In this document: positions 25,732-36,800 of the stretch, in pieces
Position numbering within the stretch: the first letter of the stretch is position 1
Layout of the letters: each line of letters starts with the position of its first letter
Virus record (IMG/VR): IMGVR_UViG_3300003323_000790
Location: 1-64,000 of that record
DNA from: a virus
Reading direction: 5' to 3' (one strand)
DNA length: 64,000 nt
Notes under the pieces: model-generated
What the model was told of the DNA's origin: nothing
Database searches by the model: none
The model's input: the letters and a program-made list of their open reading frames with translations, nothing else
Translations under genes and position numbers: made by a program

Positions 25732-28700
25732 TTTCATCTACTACCAAGTCAAGGGTGGTGAAGAGCGCTGGACGGTCGGACCAGCCTCGCAGGTAGAGCG
25801 CATTCGCGACGAATTCAACCCTATGTTCATCACGGCCCTGTCGGTGGCCAAGATGCCTGAAGAGCTGGAGTACGACGAGAAGCTGAAGCTGGCCTACTAC
25901 GGTCCGCTCTATTTCGACTGGGATTCCGAGGACGGCGCCCACGTGATCGAGAAGGTCAACGAGATGCTCGACAACCTCGAAGAGCTAGGCCTGGACCTGC
26001 ATGCCTGCCGGCTCTACGCCACCGGCGGGCGAGGCTATCACCTGGAGATCCCACCCTATCTCTTCATCGACAAAGACCCGTCCAACCGCGGCGTGGTGAT
26101 GCTGCCGGCGATCTACCGCGAAATGGCGCTGGACTTGGCCGTCGACACCCTTGACCTGACGATCTATTCGACCGGGCGCGGCCGCATGTGGCGCCAGCCT
26201 AACGTCGAGCGCCAGAACGGCCGCTATAAGGTGCCGATCACGGTGGACGAAATGCGCTCGATGACCGTCGAGCGTTGCGAAGAGCTGACCTCCAAGCCGC
26301 GCTCCTTGGAAGCACCGACCAAGGCCGAGTTGTGCCTGAAGCTGAACATCAAGTACGAAGAGGCCAAGCAAAAAGTCGAGGCGCTGATGAAGCGTCGCGG
26401 CAAATTCAAGGCCGATCCGAAGGCCAAGGAGAAGGCGAATGGCCTGTCGGTCGAGATGATGCTGGCCGGCCTGGGTATCAAGGAAGGTTCGCACTTCCAG
26501 CAGATCGCCACGCAGCTGGCGATCGTGGCGCACACGGCCGGCTGGTCGGAGAGCGATCTGGTCGAGAAAGCGCAGGGGTTGGTGAACAGCCACCAGAGCG
26601 ACGGCAATCGCTACAACAGTCCGGAGAAGCGCAACAATGAGCTGCGCCGCATGTGGCGCTACATGTACGACAACGTCTGCTACGAATTCAGCATCGGCGC
26701 CCTGAAGGCGCTGATGTCACACTCGGCGCCCGACTTGGACAACATCCCAACGACGCGCGAAGAGCTGGAGCAGACCATCAAGGAAGAGGCGGCGGCCGAG
26801 GCGGAATCGGAAGATCAGGAGATCGACGAATACGCCGACGTCGCCGCCGGCATTTCGCTCACCAAGTACGGCGTGTACATGCAGACCGCCACCGAAGGCA
26901 AGAAGCGCATCTGCGCTGTCTCCTTCGAGACATCGGCGGTGCTGTTCTCCACTGAGTCCGGCCAGATCGTGGCCTTCGAGGCCGAGGTGCTGGTCAACGG
27001 GCGGCCGTCGGGCCGCCAAACCCTTGAGCTGGATGTGTTCTCCGGCCTTGTGCAATTCAATCGCTTTGTGGCCCGCTACGGGCACTCATTCCAAGGCACA
27101 GATCTTCAAGTACGGACGGTTATGATGCGCTTTGTCGAGCAAGCAAAAAAGAAAGGCGAGAGCCTGTACATCGTGAAGCGGGAAGGACTTGACCTCGTCA
27201 ACATCCAGCACCACGAAAACGAACTCTACCGCAAGCCCTTCCTGGTGTGGGCTGACCACCACCAAGTCGTGCTGCAAAAAGAAATCGCCGAGTCGGGCCT
27301 GAACCTCGTCTTCACCGGCTTCCCTGATCCGCAGGGTGAGTTCAAAACCGACCTGTCACAGGCGCCGGTGCTCAAGGAGTGGATCGAAGAGCCTGGCAAT
27401 AAGGAAAAGCTGCGCGACGTGCTGCAGGCGGCGATGACCTGCCAGAAGTCGGAGCTGATCGGCAAGTACATCGGCTGGTATGTGGCCTGCTTCTGGAAGC
27501 CGCTGTTCCAGGCGGCGTACGGCAAGTTCCCGCTGCTGCACGTGAACGGCGCGGCGGGCGCCGGGAAATGTATGGGGTTCAACACTCCGGTGATCATGGC
27601 CGACGGCACCACGAAAATGGTACAGGACGTGCAGGTTGGCGACCAGTTGCTCGGACCGGACGGCGGCGTACGCAACGTGCTGTCGCTGGCGCGCGGCCGG
27701 GAGCTGATGTACCGCGTGACCCCGGTAAAGGGTGACTCGTATGTTGTAAATGCGTCACACATCCTGAGCCTGAAACGTTCAGATCGCTCCTGCCGGCTGT
27801 CGGACGGGACTCAGGTTACCGCGGCAGATGACGTCGTGAACGTCAACGTCGAGGTCTACGCACACAGTTCGGCTGCCGCCCGCAAGGCGTTGAAGGGGTG
27901 GCGCAGCGACGCGGTGGAATTCCACCGCGAGGCAGAAGACCTGCCGCTGGACCCTTACTGGCTGGGCGTATGGTTGGGCGACGGCAAGCACGACCTGCCG
28001 CAGATCACGAAGCCAGCAGATACGAACATGGTGCGCTGGTGGATTGCCCACGCTGAGCAACATGGCCATCTGGTCTCTCGCCATGAGTATGATGATCGCT
28101 GCCCGAGCTGGGCGGTACGCTCTAAGGACGGGCGCTGGGATGCACAAGGCAACCAGTTCACGCAGCGCCTGCAGGCCCTCGGCCTGCTGGGCAACAAGCA
28201 TATTCCGGCGGCATACAAGTTCGCGCCGATGGAAGACCGCTTGCGTCTGCTGGCCGGCCTGATTGACTCCGACGGCTCCCTGGACAAGGCGGGCTACGAC
28301 TGGGTCAGCAAAGACAAGTCACTGGCGGAAGATTTTGCCTTCCTCTGCCGCTCGGTCGGCCTGGCCGCTTATGTCAAGGAGTGCACGAAAGGTATCCAGT
28401 CGACTGACTTTGTGGGCACCTACTGGCGCGTGAGCGTCAGTGGGGACTGCGACAAGATCCCTTGCCTGGACAAGAAGGCGCCGCCACGCAAGCAGGCAAA
28501 GCGTGTGACGGTGACTGGCATCTCGGTGGAGCCTATCGGCGTGGACAACTACTACGGTTTCCAGATCGACGGCGATCATCTGTTCTTGCTGGGCGACTTC
28601 ACGGTCACCCACAACACCGACATGACCAAGTCCTTCTCCTGCTTCTTCTACCACCAGCGCGAGCCGTACTCGACGTCGCCGACCTCGACCGTCTTCTCGA

Positions 28701-29722
28701 TCACCCAGCAGATCTCCAGCACCTCGTCGATCCCCTTCGTACTGGACGAGTACAAGCCGCACGCGCTGCAGGGTGACATGGTCAACAAGTTGCGCGCGAT
28801 CTTCCGAGACAGCTACAACCAGACGATGATGGCGCGCGGCGGCGGCACACGCGAGAACGACGACTACCGCCAGCTCCAGCGCACTCAGCTGTCGGCGCCG
28901 GTGGTATTCATCGCCGAGGCGGCCGAATCCGAGCCGGCCGTCATGGAGCGCGTGGTGCTGGCCACCGTGGTGCCGCCGCCGGCGTCGATGAAGAACACGT
29001 GGCGCGCGCGGTTCCAGCTGTTCCGCCAAAACCGCGAGCTGCTGGGCATCCTGGGCCAGTACCTGGCCGCCAAGGTCGTGCAGTCCTATTCGGTGGACCG
29101 CCTGCGCACGGAGTTCAACGACCTGTACGAAGAGGCTGCCAACACCTACATGCTCAACGCCGACGACATCGAGCGCATGAAGGCCGGCGACCTGGACGAA
29201 GAGCTGTCGCTCAAGGCCAACGCCAAGGAGCGCTCGGTGTACAACCACACGGTGGCCAAGTTCGGATTCCAGCAGTTCAGGAGCCTGATTAACCAACTCT
29301 TGGGACCTGTGCTTGATGACCTGATGGGCGAACTTGAGTCCGGTCTCTACGCGCGCATGTCCGACTTGCAGGCCTCGACCACACCGGAAATTGTCCGCGT
29401 GCTGGAGACGATGTCGCGCATGACCTATGCGACGGAGGACACCCGGCCGGATGCGTTGCGCGAGAACTACGAATATGCGATTGCCGGCGACACCTTGGAG
29501 CTGGACGCTTACTCGGCCTACACGCGTTATCGCATCTTCATGCGCCAGGCTGCCTTGCAGCCGCTCTTCCCTGACGTCTATCCATTCCTGCAGGCGATGA
29601 AGGACTTGGAGGCGTACAAGTCGACGGCGACGGGCGATCACTTGAAGCGGCCGCAGGTGATTGTGCTGTCGATCAACGCGCTGACCCGCGCCGGCGTGCC
29701 GCCATTTAAAGGCGGCAAATAA
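25724..29722 (+). CDS. primase (AEP-like)-helicase fusion containing an intein
   Basis: YFDWD and TGGRGYH AEP-like motifs; Walker A GAAGAGK|T; Walker B VLDEY; GGAG SD before ATG 25724. Confidence 0.85.
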   Translation: MPNFIYYQVKGGEERWTVGPASQVERIRDEFNPMFITALSVAKMPEELEYDEKLKLAYYGPLYFDWDSEDGAHVIEKVNEMLDNLEELGLDLHACRLYATGGRGYHLEIPPYLFIDKDPSNRGVVMLPAIYREMALDLAVDTLDLTIYSTGRGRMWRQPNVERQNGRYKVPITVDEMRSMTVERCEELTSKPRSLEAPTKAELCLKLNIKYEEAKQKVEALMKRRGKFKADPKAKEKANGLSVEMMLAGLGIKEGSHFQQIATQLAIVAHTAGWSESDLVEKAQGLVNSHQSDGNRYNSPEKRNNELRRMWRYMYDNVCYEFSIGALKALMSHSAPDLDNIPTTREELEQTIKEEAAAEAESEDQEIDEYADVAAGISLTKYGVYMQTATEGKKRICAVSFETSAVLFSTESGQIVAFEAEVLVNGRPSGRQTLELDVFSGLVQFNRFVARYGHSFQGTDLQVRTVMMRFVEQAKKKGESLYIVKREGLDLVNIQHHENELYRKPFLVWADHHQVVLQKEIAESGLNLVFTGFPDPQGEFKTDLSQAPVLKEWIEEPGNKEKLRDVLQAAMTCQKSELIGKYIGWYVACFWKPLFQAAYGKFPLLHVNGAAGAGKCMGFNTPVIMADGTTKMVQDVQVGDQLLGPDGGVRNVLSLARGRELMYRVTPVKGDSYVVNASHILSLKRSDRSCRLSDGTQVTAADDVVNVNVEVYAHSSAAARKALKGWRSDAVEFHREAEDLPLDPYWLGVWLGDGKHDLPQITKPADTNMVRWWIAHAEQHGHLVSRHEYDDRCPSWAVRSKDGRWDAQGNQFTQRLQALGLLGNKHIPAAYKFAPMEDRLRLLAGLIDSDGSLDKAGYDWVSKDKSLAEDFAFLCRSVGLAAYVKECTKGIQSTDFVGTYWRVSVSGDCDKIPCLDKKAPPRKQAKRVTVTGISVEPIGVDNYYGFQIDGDHLFLLGDFTVTHNTDMTKSFSCFFYHQREPYSTSPTSTVFSITQQISSTSSIPFVLDEYKPHALQGDMVNKLRAIFRDSYNQTMMARGGGTRENDDYRQLQRTQLSAPVVFIAEAAESEPAVMERVVLATVVPPPASMKNTWRARFQLFRQNRELLGILGQYLAAKVVQSYSVDRLRTEFNDLYEEAANTYMLNADDIERMKAGDLDEELSLKANAKERSVYNHTVAKFGFQQFRSLINQLLGPVLDDLMGELESGLYARMSDLQASTTPEIVRVLETMSRMTYATEDTRPDALRENYEYAIAGDTLELDAYSAYTRYRIFMRQAALQPLFPDVYPFLQAMKDLEAYKSTATGDHLKRPQVIVLSINALTRAGVPPFKGGK
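27569..28615 (+). mobile_element. intein (349 aa) with LAGLIDADG endonuclease in Walker A
   Basis: CMGFNTPVIMADG...VNASHIL...LGVWLGDG...LLAGLIDSDG...YYGFQIDGDHLFLLGDFTVTHN followed by Thr+1. Confidence 0.95.
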
Positions 29723-29724
29723 TA

Positions 29725-29753
29725 GTGACACTTAGAAAAATTCGTGATACGAT
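29725..29753 (+). promoter_or_regulatory. sigma70-like promoter
   Basis: GTGACA-N17-TACGAT, similar to the 22182 promoter. Confidence 0.55.
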
Positions 29754-29834
29754 GGTTTCTCACTTTTCATGAGTGACGCGACGCTCCGGCGATACTGGGG
29801 CATAAATGTAAATTCAACTGTAAAGGCAAATATC

Positions 29835-30701
29835 ATGGCACTGAACAAGAGCGCAGCAGCAGCACCAAAATTCGAAAACCCAGAAGACGGCGACGGCTTC
29901 CCAGGCGCCGGTGAAGGTGCTGGTGACGAGGAAGACGAAGACGCGGTTGAGGTGGTTGAAACCCCGCAGGCGACCGGCAAGGACAAGCTGGCAGAAGCCC
30001 GCCGCCAAGCCGCGGCGCACGCCGAGAAGGAAGCGGCAGCTGCAGCCAAGGCCGAAGCACAGCCAGCCAAAACCACCGCACTGGCGGCCAAGGCCGGCGG
30101 CGCAGTAGCGGTCACCAAGATCGCGGACCTGGACCCGTTCAAGCAACTGGAAAACCAGTTCGTGGTCGAGTTCAACACCTTCCCGCAGATCAAGGTCAAC
30201 CAGGGCGCCTTCCGCCTGGCCGACGGCGACAAGAACATGGGTGACACCATCGCGATGGAAGTCATCTCGTGGCAGAAGCAGTGGCAGCTGGCGCCGGGCG
30301 ATATCGACAATCCGAAAGCAAAGGAATTCCTGCGCTACTCGAAGGACGGTATCACCGCTGAAAACGGCGACGACATGAAGGAAATCCTCGCGCTGGCGAA
30401 GTCGAACGGCTTCCCGAACGCGAAGATCAGCGAGCGTGTGATCGTGGTCGGCCAAGTCATCGACGGCGGCAAACAAGCCAAGTCGACCAACAGCAAGATC
30501 CACCAGATCGACCTGTCGAGCACCTCGGTGGCCAACTTCAACCGTCACCGCATCGGCGTGGCGTTGCAGGCCAGCAAGGGTCAGCTGCCGGACGACTTCA
30601 ACGCTTCGCAAGTGAAGATGTTCGCCAAGGCCAAGGCGCAGGGCCAGAAGTCCTGGACCGAAGTCCTGTTCGGCGACATGAGCGCCGTCTTCGAAGACTA
30701 A
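29835..30701 (+). CDS. putative ssDNA-binding/recombination protein
   Basis: Location in replication module, own promoter and terminator, strong codon bias, acidic N-terminus; function inferred. Confidence 0.55.
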   Translation: MALNKSAAAAPKFENPEDGDGFPGAGEGAGDEEDEDAVEVVETPQATGKDKLAEARRQAAAHAEKEAAAAAKAEAQPAKTTALAAKAGGAVAVTKIADLDPFKQLENQFVVEFNTFPQIKVNQGAFRLADGDKNMGDTIAMEVISWQKQWQLAPGDIDNPKAKEFLRYSKDGITAENGDDMKEILALAKSNGFPNAKISERVIVVGQVIDGGKQAKSTNSKIHQIDLSSTSVANFNRHRIGVALQASKGQLPDDFNASQVKMFAKAKAQGQKSWTEVLFGDMSAVFED

Positions 30702-30720
30702 GCGCTTAGCCGCTTAACCA

Positions 30721-30746
30721 AGAGCAGCCTCCGGGCTGCTCTTTTT
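30721..30746 (+). terminator. intrinsic terminator
   Basis: AGAGCAGCC/GGCTGCTCT stem followed by TTTT. Confidence 0.85.
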
Positions 30747-30759
30747 ATAGGAGTTTCAC

Positions 30760-31509
30760 ATGGAACAAACCACCGCACCGATGCGCTTCCTGATCGGCGA
30801 CACCGAGACCTGCGGGATCGGCCCCAACAACAAAGCCTGCGAGATCGCCTGGATCGAAATCGATCCGGTCACCTTGGAGATCATCAACGAAGACGTGTGC
30901 CAGCTGATCGACCCGCAGTGGGAAATCACGCCCGGCGCGCAGGAGATCCACGGCATCACGCAGGAGATGGTCGAGCACGAGCCAACCTTGCAGGAGTTCA
31001 AGGATCTGATCCTGGGCGACCGCTACGCCGGCTGTGATGTGACGCTGATCGGCCACAACATCAGCTTCGACTTGCCCGAGCTGGGCAAGGTGCTGCCGGT
31101 GGCGCGCACCGTCTGCACCTTGGCCTGGGCGCGCCGCCTGATCACCGACTCGGCCAACCATAAGCTGGGCACCTTGCGCGAGCACTTCGGCTATCCGGAA
31201 GGCGAAGCGCACCGCGCGCTGGCCGACTGCTACACCACGCGCCGCGTGCTCAAGGAGCTGCTGCAACGCTCCGGCTTCACGCTGGAGCAGTTCGCTCGCA
31301 ACGGCGAGCACACCATCTACGTCATGCCGTATGGCAAGCACAAGGGCACGCTGATGGCCGCCGTGCCGGTGCCGTATCTGAAGTGGTTGTGGGACCGCGA
31401 AGAGCTGGAGCCGAACATGCGCGAGTCGGTCAAGAAAGCATTGAAGACCAATGGCGTCGACGTGCCAAAGAAGGGCGGTAAGTTCAACCCAGAAGGAGCA
31501 GTAGCATGA
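30760..31509 (+). CDS. DEDDh 3'-5' exonuclease (ExoX/DnaQ-like)
   Basis: DTET, GHNISFD, AHRALAD; C-terminal MPYGKHKG..YLKWL domain. Confidence 0.9.
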   Translation: MEQTTAPMRFLIGDTETCGIGPNNKACEIAWIEIDPVTLEIINEDVCQLIDPQWEITPGAQEIHGITQEMVEHEPTLQEFKDLILGDRYAGCDVTLIGHNISFDLPELGKVLPVARTVCTLAWARRLITDSANHKLGTLREHFGYPEGEAHRALADCYTTRRVLKELLQRSGFTLEQFARNGEHTIYVMPYGKHKGTLMAAVPVPYLKWLWDREELEPNMRESVKKALKTNGVDVPKKGGKFNPEGAVA

Positions 31510-32042
31510 GCCAATTTTCAGCAGACATCAAAGCTTTCAACGAAATGTACGGCATGCCGGTCAACCAGTTGCCGACGCTGATCAGCGCGCAGCGCCTGCG
31601 CGACTTCAAGTCGATCCTGGGCAAAGAGCTGGACGAGATTGACGAGATTATTGAAGATCTCGCAATCTACGAGATTGCGTCGGCCGGTGAAGCTGAGCGT
31701 CTGGCCATCCTGACCAAACTGGCCGACCTGCTGGGCGACCTCCAAGTCTACTGCGCCAGCGAAATGGCCAAGTGGGGCCTGCCGCGGGACATGGTGCTGG
31801 CGGTCATCATGCAGTCGAACTTCAGCAAGATGGGTGCCGACGGCAAGCCGATCTACGACGGCGAGGGCAAGTTGCAGAAGGGGCCGAACTACTGGAAGCC
31901 CGAACCGAAGATCCACCTGGCGCTGCAGATGGTCAGCCTGCGGTCCTTGGCTTTGGCCAAGGCGGAAGAAGCCGCCGCGCTGGGCGCTGCGGCTGAGAAG
32001 ATGTACGAAGACATCTTCCCGTCCGCTTCGACGGAAGCCTGA
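31506..32042 (+). CDS. MazG-like NTP pyrophosphohydrolase
   Basis: ELDE...LADLLGDL...SNFSK...GKLQKGPNYWKPE. Confidence 0.8.
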   Translation: MSQFSADIKAFNEMYGMPVNQLPTLISAQRLRDFKSILGKELDEIDEIIEDLAIYEIASAGEAERLAILTKLADLLGDLQVYCASEMAKWGLPRDMVLAVIMQSNFSKMGADGKPIYDGEGKLQKGPNYWKPEPKIHLALQMVSLRSLALAKAEEAAALGAAAEKMYEDIFPSASTEA

Positions 32043-32043
32043 T

Positions 32044-33066
32044 ATGCGGCAAGGTCTCTCCACTGCCGTGCAGAGCCTTGTCCGCCTGGTCGGCGTCGCT
32101 TTTCAGCGCGCCGACCTGCCGGGCGATGCACTTCAAACGCCGATCGTGTACCGCGACCTGCCGTGGCAGTGCCCGCCGCTGGTCACCGACATGATGTTCG
32201 AGCGCATGCCGTTGCAGACCTTCCTCGACTTCCCGATCCGCGCCGCCTCGGCCGAGGCATTGTACAGCTGGTGGGCGCGTACACTGGAAACGATGTACTA
32301 CAGCCCGTCGCGTTTGGTCGACCGTGGCGCGCTGGTTGGCTCAGGCAGCGTCTTTGTCGGCAGCCGGCTCGGCGCCCGCGCACTGCGCTTCTCGATCCCG
32401 GCCAACTGCCCGGAGCCGCTGGATCGCATGTCGGGCATCGTCTTCTCGCTCGAGGCGGCGCACGCTGCGCACCTTGCGCTCCCCGGCGCCGTGCTGATCA
32501 AGAGCGACGACAGCTATTACGTGGAAGTCGGCGGTTTGGTGATTGGCGTGCGCGAGGGTCGTCCGGCGGCCGGCCCGGACTGGGAAGTGACGGCTGAGGG
32601 CTTCGTGCCGGAACTGCTCACCATGCCGCGCGGCGAGCGCATGCACGAATGCCACTTCGACTCGCTGGCCAAGGCCCGCTCGCTGCTGCACGAGCACCCG
32701 AGCCGCTTCCCGGAGTTCGCCACCTTGGATACGGTCCTGCAGGCATTGCGCTACATGACTTGGGGCTCGATCGCACCGAACGTCCTGCAGCAGATGACGA
32801 TCGCCCGGCAGATGCGCCCGCGCGCCGAAGAGCACATCCGCAAGCTGCAGCGCTCGCTGGAGCTGCTGGACGACCCAGCCGTGTCGGACCGGGCCAAGCT
32901 GGTCCAGATGCACGGCACCTTGGTGCCCGACATCATCTCGCCGACGGCGTTCCGGAACATCTTCCACCACGGCCCGCCCTTCCCTTACGTCGCGCGGCCG
33001 GAGAAAATGCTGCGGATTAAACAAGAGCTCGAAGAGCGAATTTCAAAACTAGAAAGGGGCAAATAA
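32044..33066 (+). CDS. hypothetical protein
   Basis: Long ORF filling the gap; start at ATG 32044 uncertain. Confidence 0.65.
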   Translation: MRQGLSTAVQSLVRLVGVAFQRADLPGDALQTPIVYRDLPWQCPPLVTDMMFERMPLQTFLDFPIRAASAEALYSWWARTLETMYYSPSRLVDRGALVGSGSVFVGSRLGARALRFSIPANCPEPLDRMSGIVFSLEAAHAAHLALPGAVLIKSDDSYYVEVGGLVIGVREGRPAAGPDWEVTAEGFVPELLTMPRGERMHECHFDSLAKARSLLHEHPSRFPEFATLDTVLQALRYMTWGSIAPNVLQQMTIARQMRPRAEEHIRKLQRSLELLDDPAVSDRAKLVQMHGTLVPDIISPTAFRNIFHHGPPFPYVARPEKMLRIKQELEERISKLERGK

Positions 33067-33287
33067 TGCAAACACGTAAGCAGTCTGCAGTCGAGGTGGG
33101 CATCTCGACGCTGCTGGCGTTTTTGATCAGTGCCGCGTTGCAGCAGTGGGTAGTTACTCCACTGTTCAACCTGGACACGACACATGCGCAGAATCTCTTG
33201 ATCACGGTGTTCTTCACCGTCGTTTCCCTCGTGCGGTCGTATGTCTTCCGCCGAGCATTTAATTACCTGCATAGGAGCAAAGCATGA
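33066..33287 (+). CDS. small membrane protein
   Basis: MQTRKQSAVE...FFTVVSLVRSYVFRRAFN; two TM helices. Confidence 0.75.
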   Translation: MQTRKQSAVEVGISTLLAFLISAALQQWVVTPLFNLDTTHAQNLLITVFFTVVSLVRSYVFRRAFNYLHRSKA

Positions 33288-33628
33288 CCGAAAAAGACCC
33301 AAATGGCGTCTCGCCAAATCAACCCGGCGCCAAGCTCGACGCTGGCAAGTCCCCCGTGCGTCGTGGCCTGCTGGAGTATTTCCCGCGTGCCTGCATGGCA
33401 GTAGCCGACGTGTCGGCGGCCGGCGCCAACAAATACACCTGGGGCGGTTGGCAGACGGTGCCGGGCGGCGTCGATCGTTACGGCGACGCAGAAGCGCGGC
33501 ATATTTGCAAGGCTGCCATTGAGGGCGACGTCGACAAAGATTTCGGCCTGCTGCATGCGGCGCACGAGGCCTGGAATGCGATGGCACGCCTGGAGCTGAT
33601 CCTGCGCGAGAAAGAGGCCGCCAAGTGA
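33284..33628 (+). CDS. dATP/dGTP diphosphohydrolase-like protein (DUF5664)
   Basis: GAKLDAGK...GANKY...RY.DA..RH...GLLHAAHEAWNA. Confidence 0.8.
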   Translation: MTEKDPNGVSPNQPGAKLDAGKSPVRRGLLEYFPRACMAVADVSAAGANKYTWGGWQTVPGGVDRYGDAEARHICKAAIEGDVDKDFGLLHAAHEAWNAMARLELILREKEAAK

Positions 33629-33879
33629 GCGAGAAATTCTCCGACCCGATCGACGCGGCCGCCGCGTCAGCACAACACTCCAACGACGTGGCCGAGCAGC
33701 AGCGGCAGATCGCCGAGCGGCGCCGCCTGCTCGAATACCAGCGCCACCTGGATGACGGCGACATCGACGGCGTACACTGCATGGACTGCGACATCGAGCT
33801 GCCGACGCTGCGCCAGCAGGAAAAGCGCCTGCGCTGCACAGCGTGCCAAACCACACACGAGAAGAAAGGTAAGCGATGA
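33625..33879 (+). CDS. DksA/TraR C4 zinc-finger protein
   Basis: DPIDAA...CMDCDIELP..R...RCTACQ. Confidence 0.85.
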   Translation: MSEKFSDPIDAAAASAQHSNDVAEQQRQIAERRRLLEYQRHLDDGDIDGVHCMDCDIELPTLRQQEKRLRCTACQTTHEKKGKR

Positions 33880-36800
33880 AACGACAGCTGCTAGGCGTAG
33901 ATGGAGCGTCCTTTCTCTGGCGCGGCCTGCGCAAGGGCAAGGACACCGAGAACGGCTACAACGTCCACCGCGACGGCAAGGACATCTGGATCAACAGCGC
34001 CATCTACGGCTTCGAGAACGCCCTGAACTACCTGCACACCGTGCTGAAAGAATTCAAAATCTCGCCGATCAATCTGATCCTGGTGACCGAGGGCAAGCAG
34101 AGCAAGTCGCGCCGCCAGCTGATCAGCCTCAAGTACAAGGCCTCGTCCGACAAGGCTGAGGAAGAGTACGTCGAGTTCCACAAGGCGCGCGACCTGCTGG
34201 TGCGCTTCGTGCTGGACCTTGGCGGCCAGGTGCTGACGCAGCCGTTTGCTGAGGGCGACGACACCTTGGGCTGGCTGGCCGAAAACACGGAAGTCGATCT
34301 GGCGATCGCCACCTACGACAACGATATCTCGGTGCTCAACGGCGTCAACGAGTATGGCGCCAGCGTGCAGGTCTGGAATGATGGTGTCATCGGCGGCAAC
34401 AAGTATGGCACCTTTCCGCACAAGCTGATCACGTTGTACAAGGGGTTGGTGGGCGACCCGAGCGATAAGATTCCCGGCGCCTACAAGTTTGGTGAGGCTG
34501 CCTTCCTGGAGGTGGCGAACGCCTACGGCATCGATGGTCTGTGGGAGCTGGACTCGATGTGCCGCGCGCAGGACCTGTCGCCCCTGGCCGCCCTGGCCGA
34601 AGATCCGAAAAACAAGAAGCTCAAGCTGATCTATGAGCAGGCACCCAACGTGATCGACTCGTACAACATGGCGCGCATCCGTCCGGACTGGGTCGACACG
34701 CTGGACGATCCGTTGGAGTGGCAGGCCGGCATGGTGCGCCCGCTGCGCGCCGACGACGACCCGCGCTTCAAGCACTGGTATGGCCGTCAGCGACTGGTGA
34801 CCGGCGACATTTTCGACCAGGTGGTCGAGTGGGCCAAGCCGCTGATCCTCAAGTCGCCTGAAGTGGCGCTGGATATCGAGACCTCGTCCTGCGACGAGTC
34901 CGATGACTGGCTGGCCGCGCAGTCGAAATCGGGCGACGCTGACGAAGGTGGCATCGACGTGCTGGCGCACCGCCTGACCGGCTTGTCCATCACGTTCGGC
35001 GACAACAACCAGCAGAGCCTGTACTTCAGCGTTGACCACGCCCGCACGCGCAACTGCGACAGTGAGAAGCTGCGCCAATTCATCGCGTGGATCACGGCGC
35101 AAGGCAAGGATCTGATCATCCACAACATGAACTTCGAGCTGGTGGTGCTGTTCCAGGAATGGGGTCAGCGCCAGCTGGACAACGACTTCCACGGCTTCTT
35201 GCCGAACGTGCTGGACACGCAGCTCTCCTGCGCCTACGTCGACGAGAACAGCCCGCGCGGCCTGAAGTTCCGCAGCGAGACGGTGCTCAAGTACCAACAG
35301 CAGACCTACAAGGAGACGACCGAGCTGTCGGGCTTTGAAGGCACGCTGCCACCGGGTGGGCGCGAGATCATGGTGACCGAGCCGACTTACCTGACCGAGC
35401 ATGTCGGCACCGGAAAGTTCGAGCCGATCTTCGACGAAGTAACAGGCGAAATCATCGGCGCCGGGCCTGAGATCACCAAAGAGGTCTTCGTACTGGACGA
35501 GGCCGGCGAGAAGATCGTCAAGACGCCGCCGGTGCACACGCGCCGCTACCGCATGAACGAGCTGACCGGCAAGCACGTCACGTCCTACGGCTGCGACGAC
35601 ACCATCTGCACGATGGCCCTGCACAACTACAACCGCCTGCGCTGCGAGCTGGAGCACCAGTGGCAGGTGTACAAGGACGTGGAGATCGCGGCCGGCTACC
35701 TGCACGCCAAGAACTTCCTGGACGGGATCAAGGTGTCCCTGGGAAAGCTGCGGGAGCTGTCGAAAGAGGATGACGCAATCCACGACAGCTCCTGGGCCAC
35801 CTTGCGCCAGTATTTGATCGACAGCGGCTGGGACGGCACCAACCCTCCGGTGTACCGGGCGCCGCTGGAGCCGGCGGACATCAAGGAAGCGTACCAGATC
35901 GTGACCGGCCGCAAGCTCATCACGCAGGTGCGCACGCCGTCGAAGTTCATTCCGCTGCTGGAAGACGACGGCTGCCCAGACCCGCGCTTCATGAGCCACC
36001 TGAAGCTGGCAATCGAAGGCGGCGACGCCGAGGTGGCCGCCTTCACGCGCTACGTGCAGTCACACTTCAAAGGCGAGCCGAGCTTCAACAACGGCTCGTT
36101 CGTGCAGAAACAGCGGCTGTTCTACGAAGTGATGGGCCTGCCGATTCGCGTGCGCAACGCGCCGACCGAAGAGATGCGTAAAAAGGGCATCCGCGACGGC
36201 GGCCCGAAGACCGACTCGCTGGCGATCGCCTACGGCTTGCAGGACTGCGCGCCGGAGCTTAAGCCAGTGCTGAAGGCGATCCTGCTGATGGGCATGGTGG
36301 AAACGCGGCGCAAGCTGTTCTACAAGCCGTACCCATACTTCGTGCACTGGAAGACCGGCAAGATTCACCCGTCACACCGCCAGTCGTCCACCAACACGCG
36401 GCGCGCGTCGGTGAGCAAGCCGAACTTCCAGCAGATGAGCAAGCACCCTAAGGTGCCCGGTTACGACCCTCGCATCCGCGAGGTCGTGGTGCCGCACCGC
36501 GCCGACGCTGTCGTGGTGTCGATCGACTTCAAGGCGCAGGAGCTGCGCATCATCGCCGAGTGGTCGCAGGACCCGGTCATGCTGTCGATGTACATCGGCG
36601 ACGACAAGAAGGACCAGCACCACTTGACCGCCCTTGCAATCGCGCAGAAGAAGCAGCCCGACTACGGCTGGAGTTACGAGAAGCTTGCGAATGTCCTTGA
36701 ACACAAGTCGCACGTCGACTATGCTTGGACTAAGGAAACTCGCAATCTTGCCAAAAAGCTAAATTTCACCGCTGAATATTTGGCAAGAGCACCGAAAGTC

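Noticed and set aside
33284-33628. 2-aminoadenine (dZ) genome system
   Set aside because: A DUF5664-like gene alone is insufficient; no PurZ or DatZ homologue was recognised in the window.
5940-35999. Long antisense ORFs (5940-7802, 28319-29731, 33891-35999 and others)
   Set aside because: These are shadows of GC3-biased sense genes; no motifs or SD.
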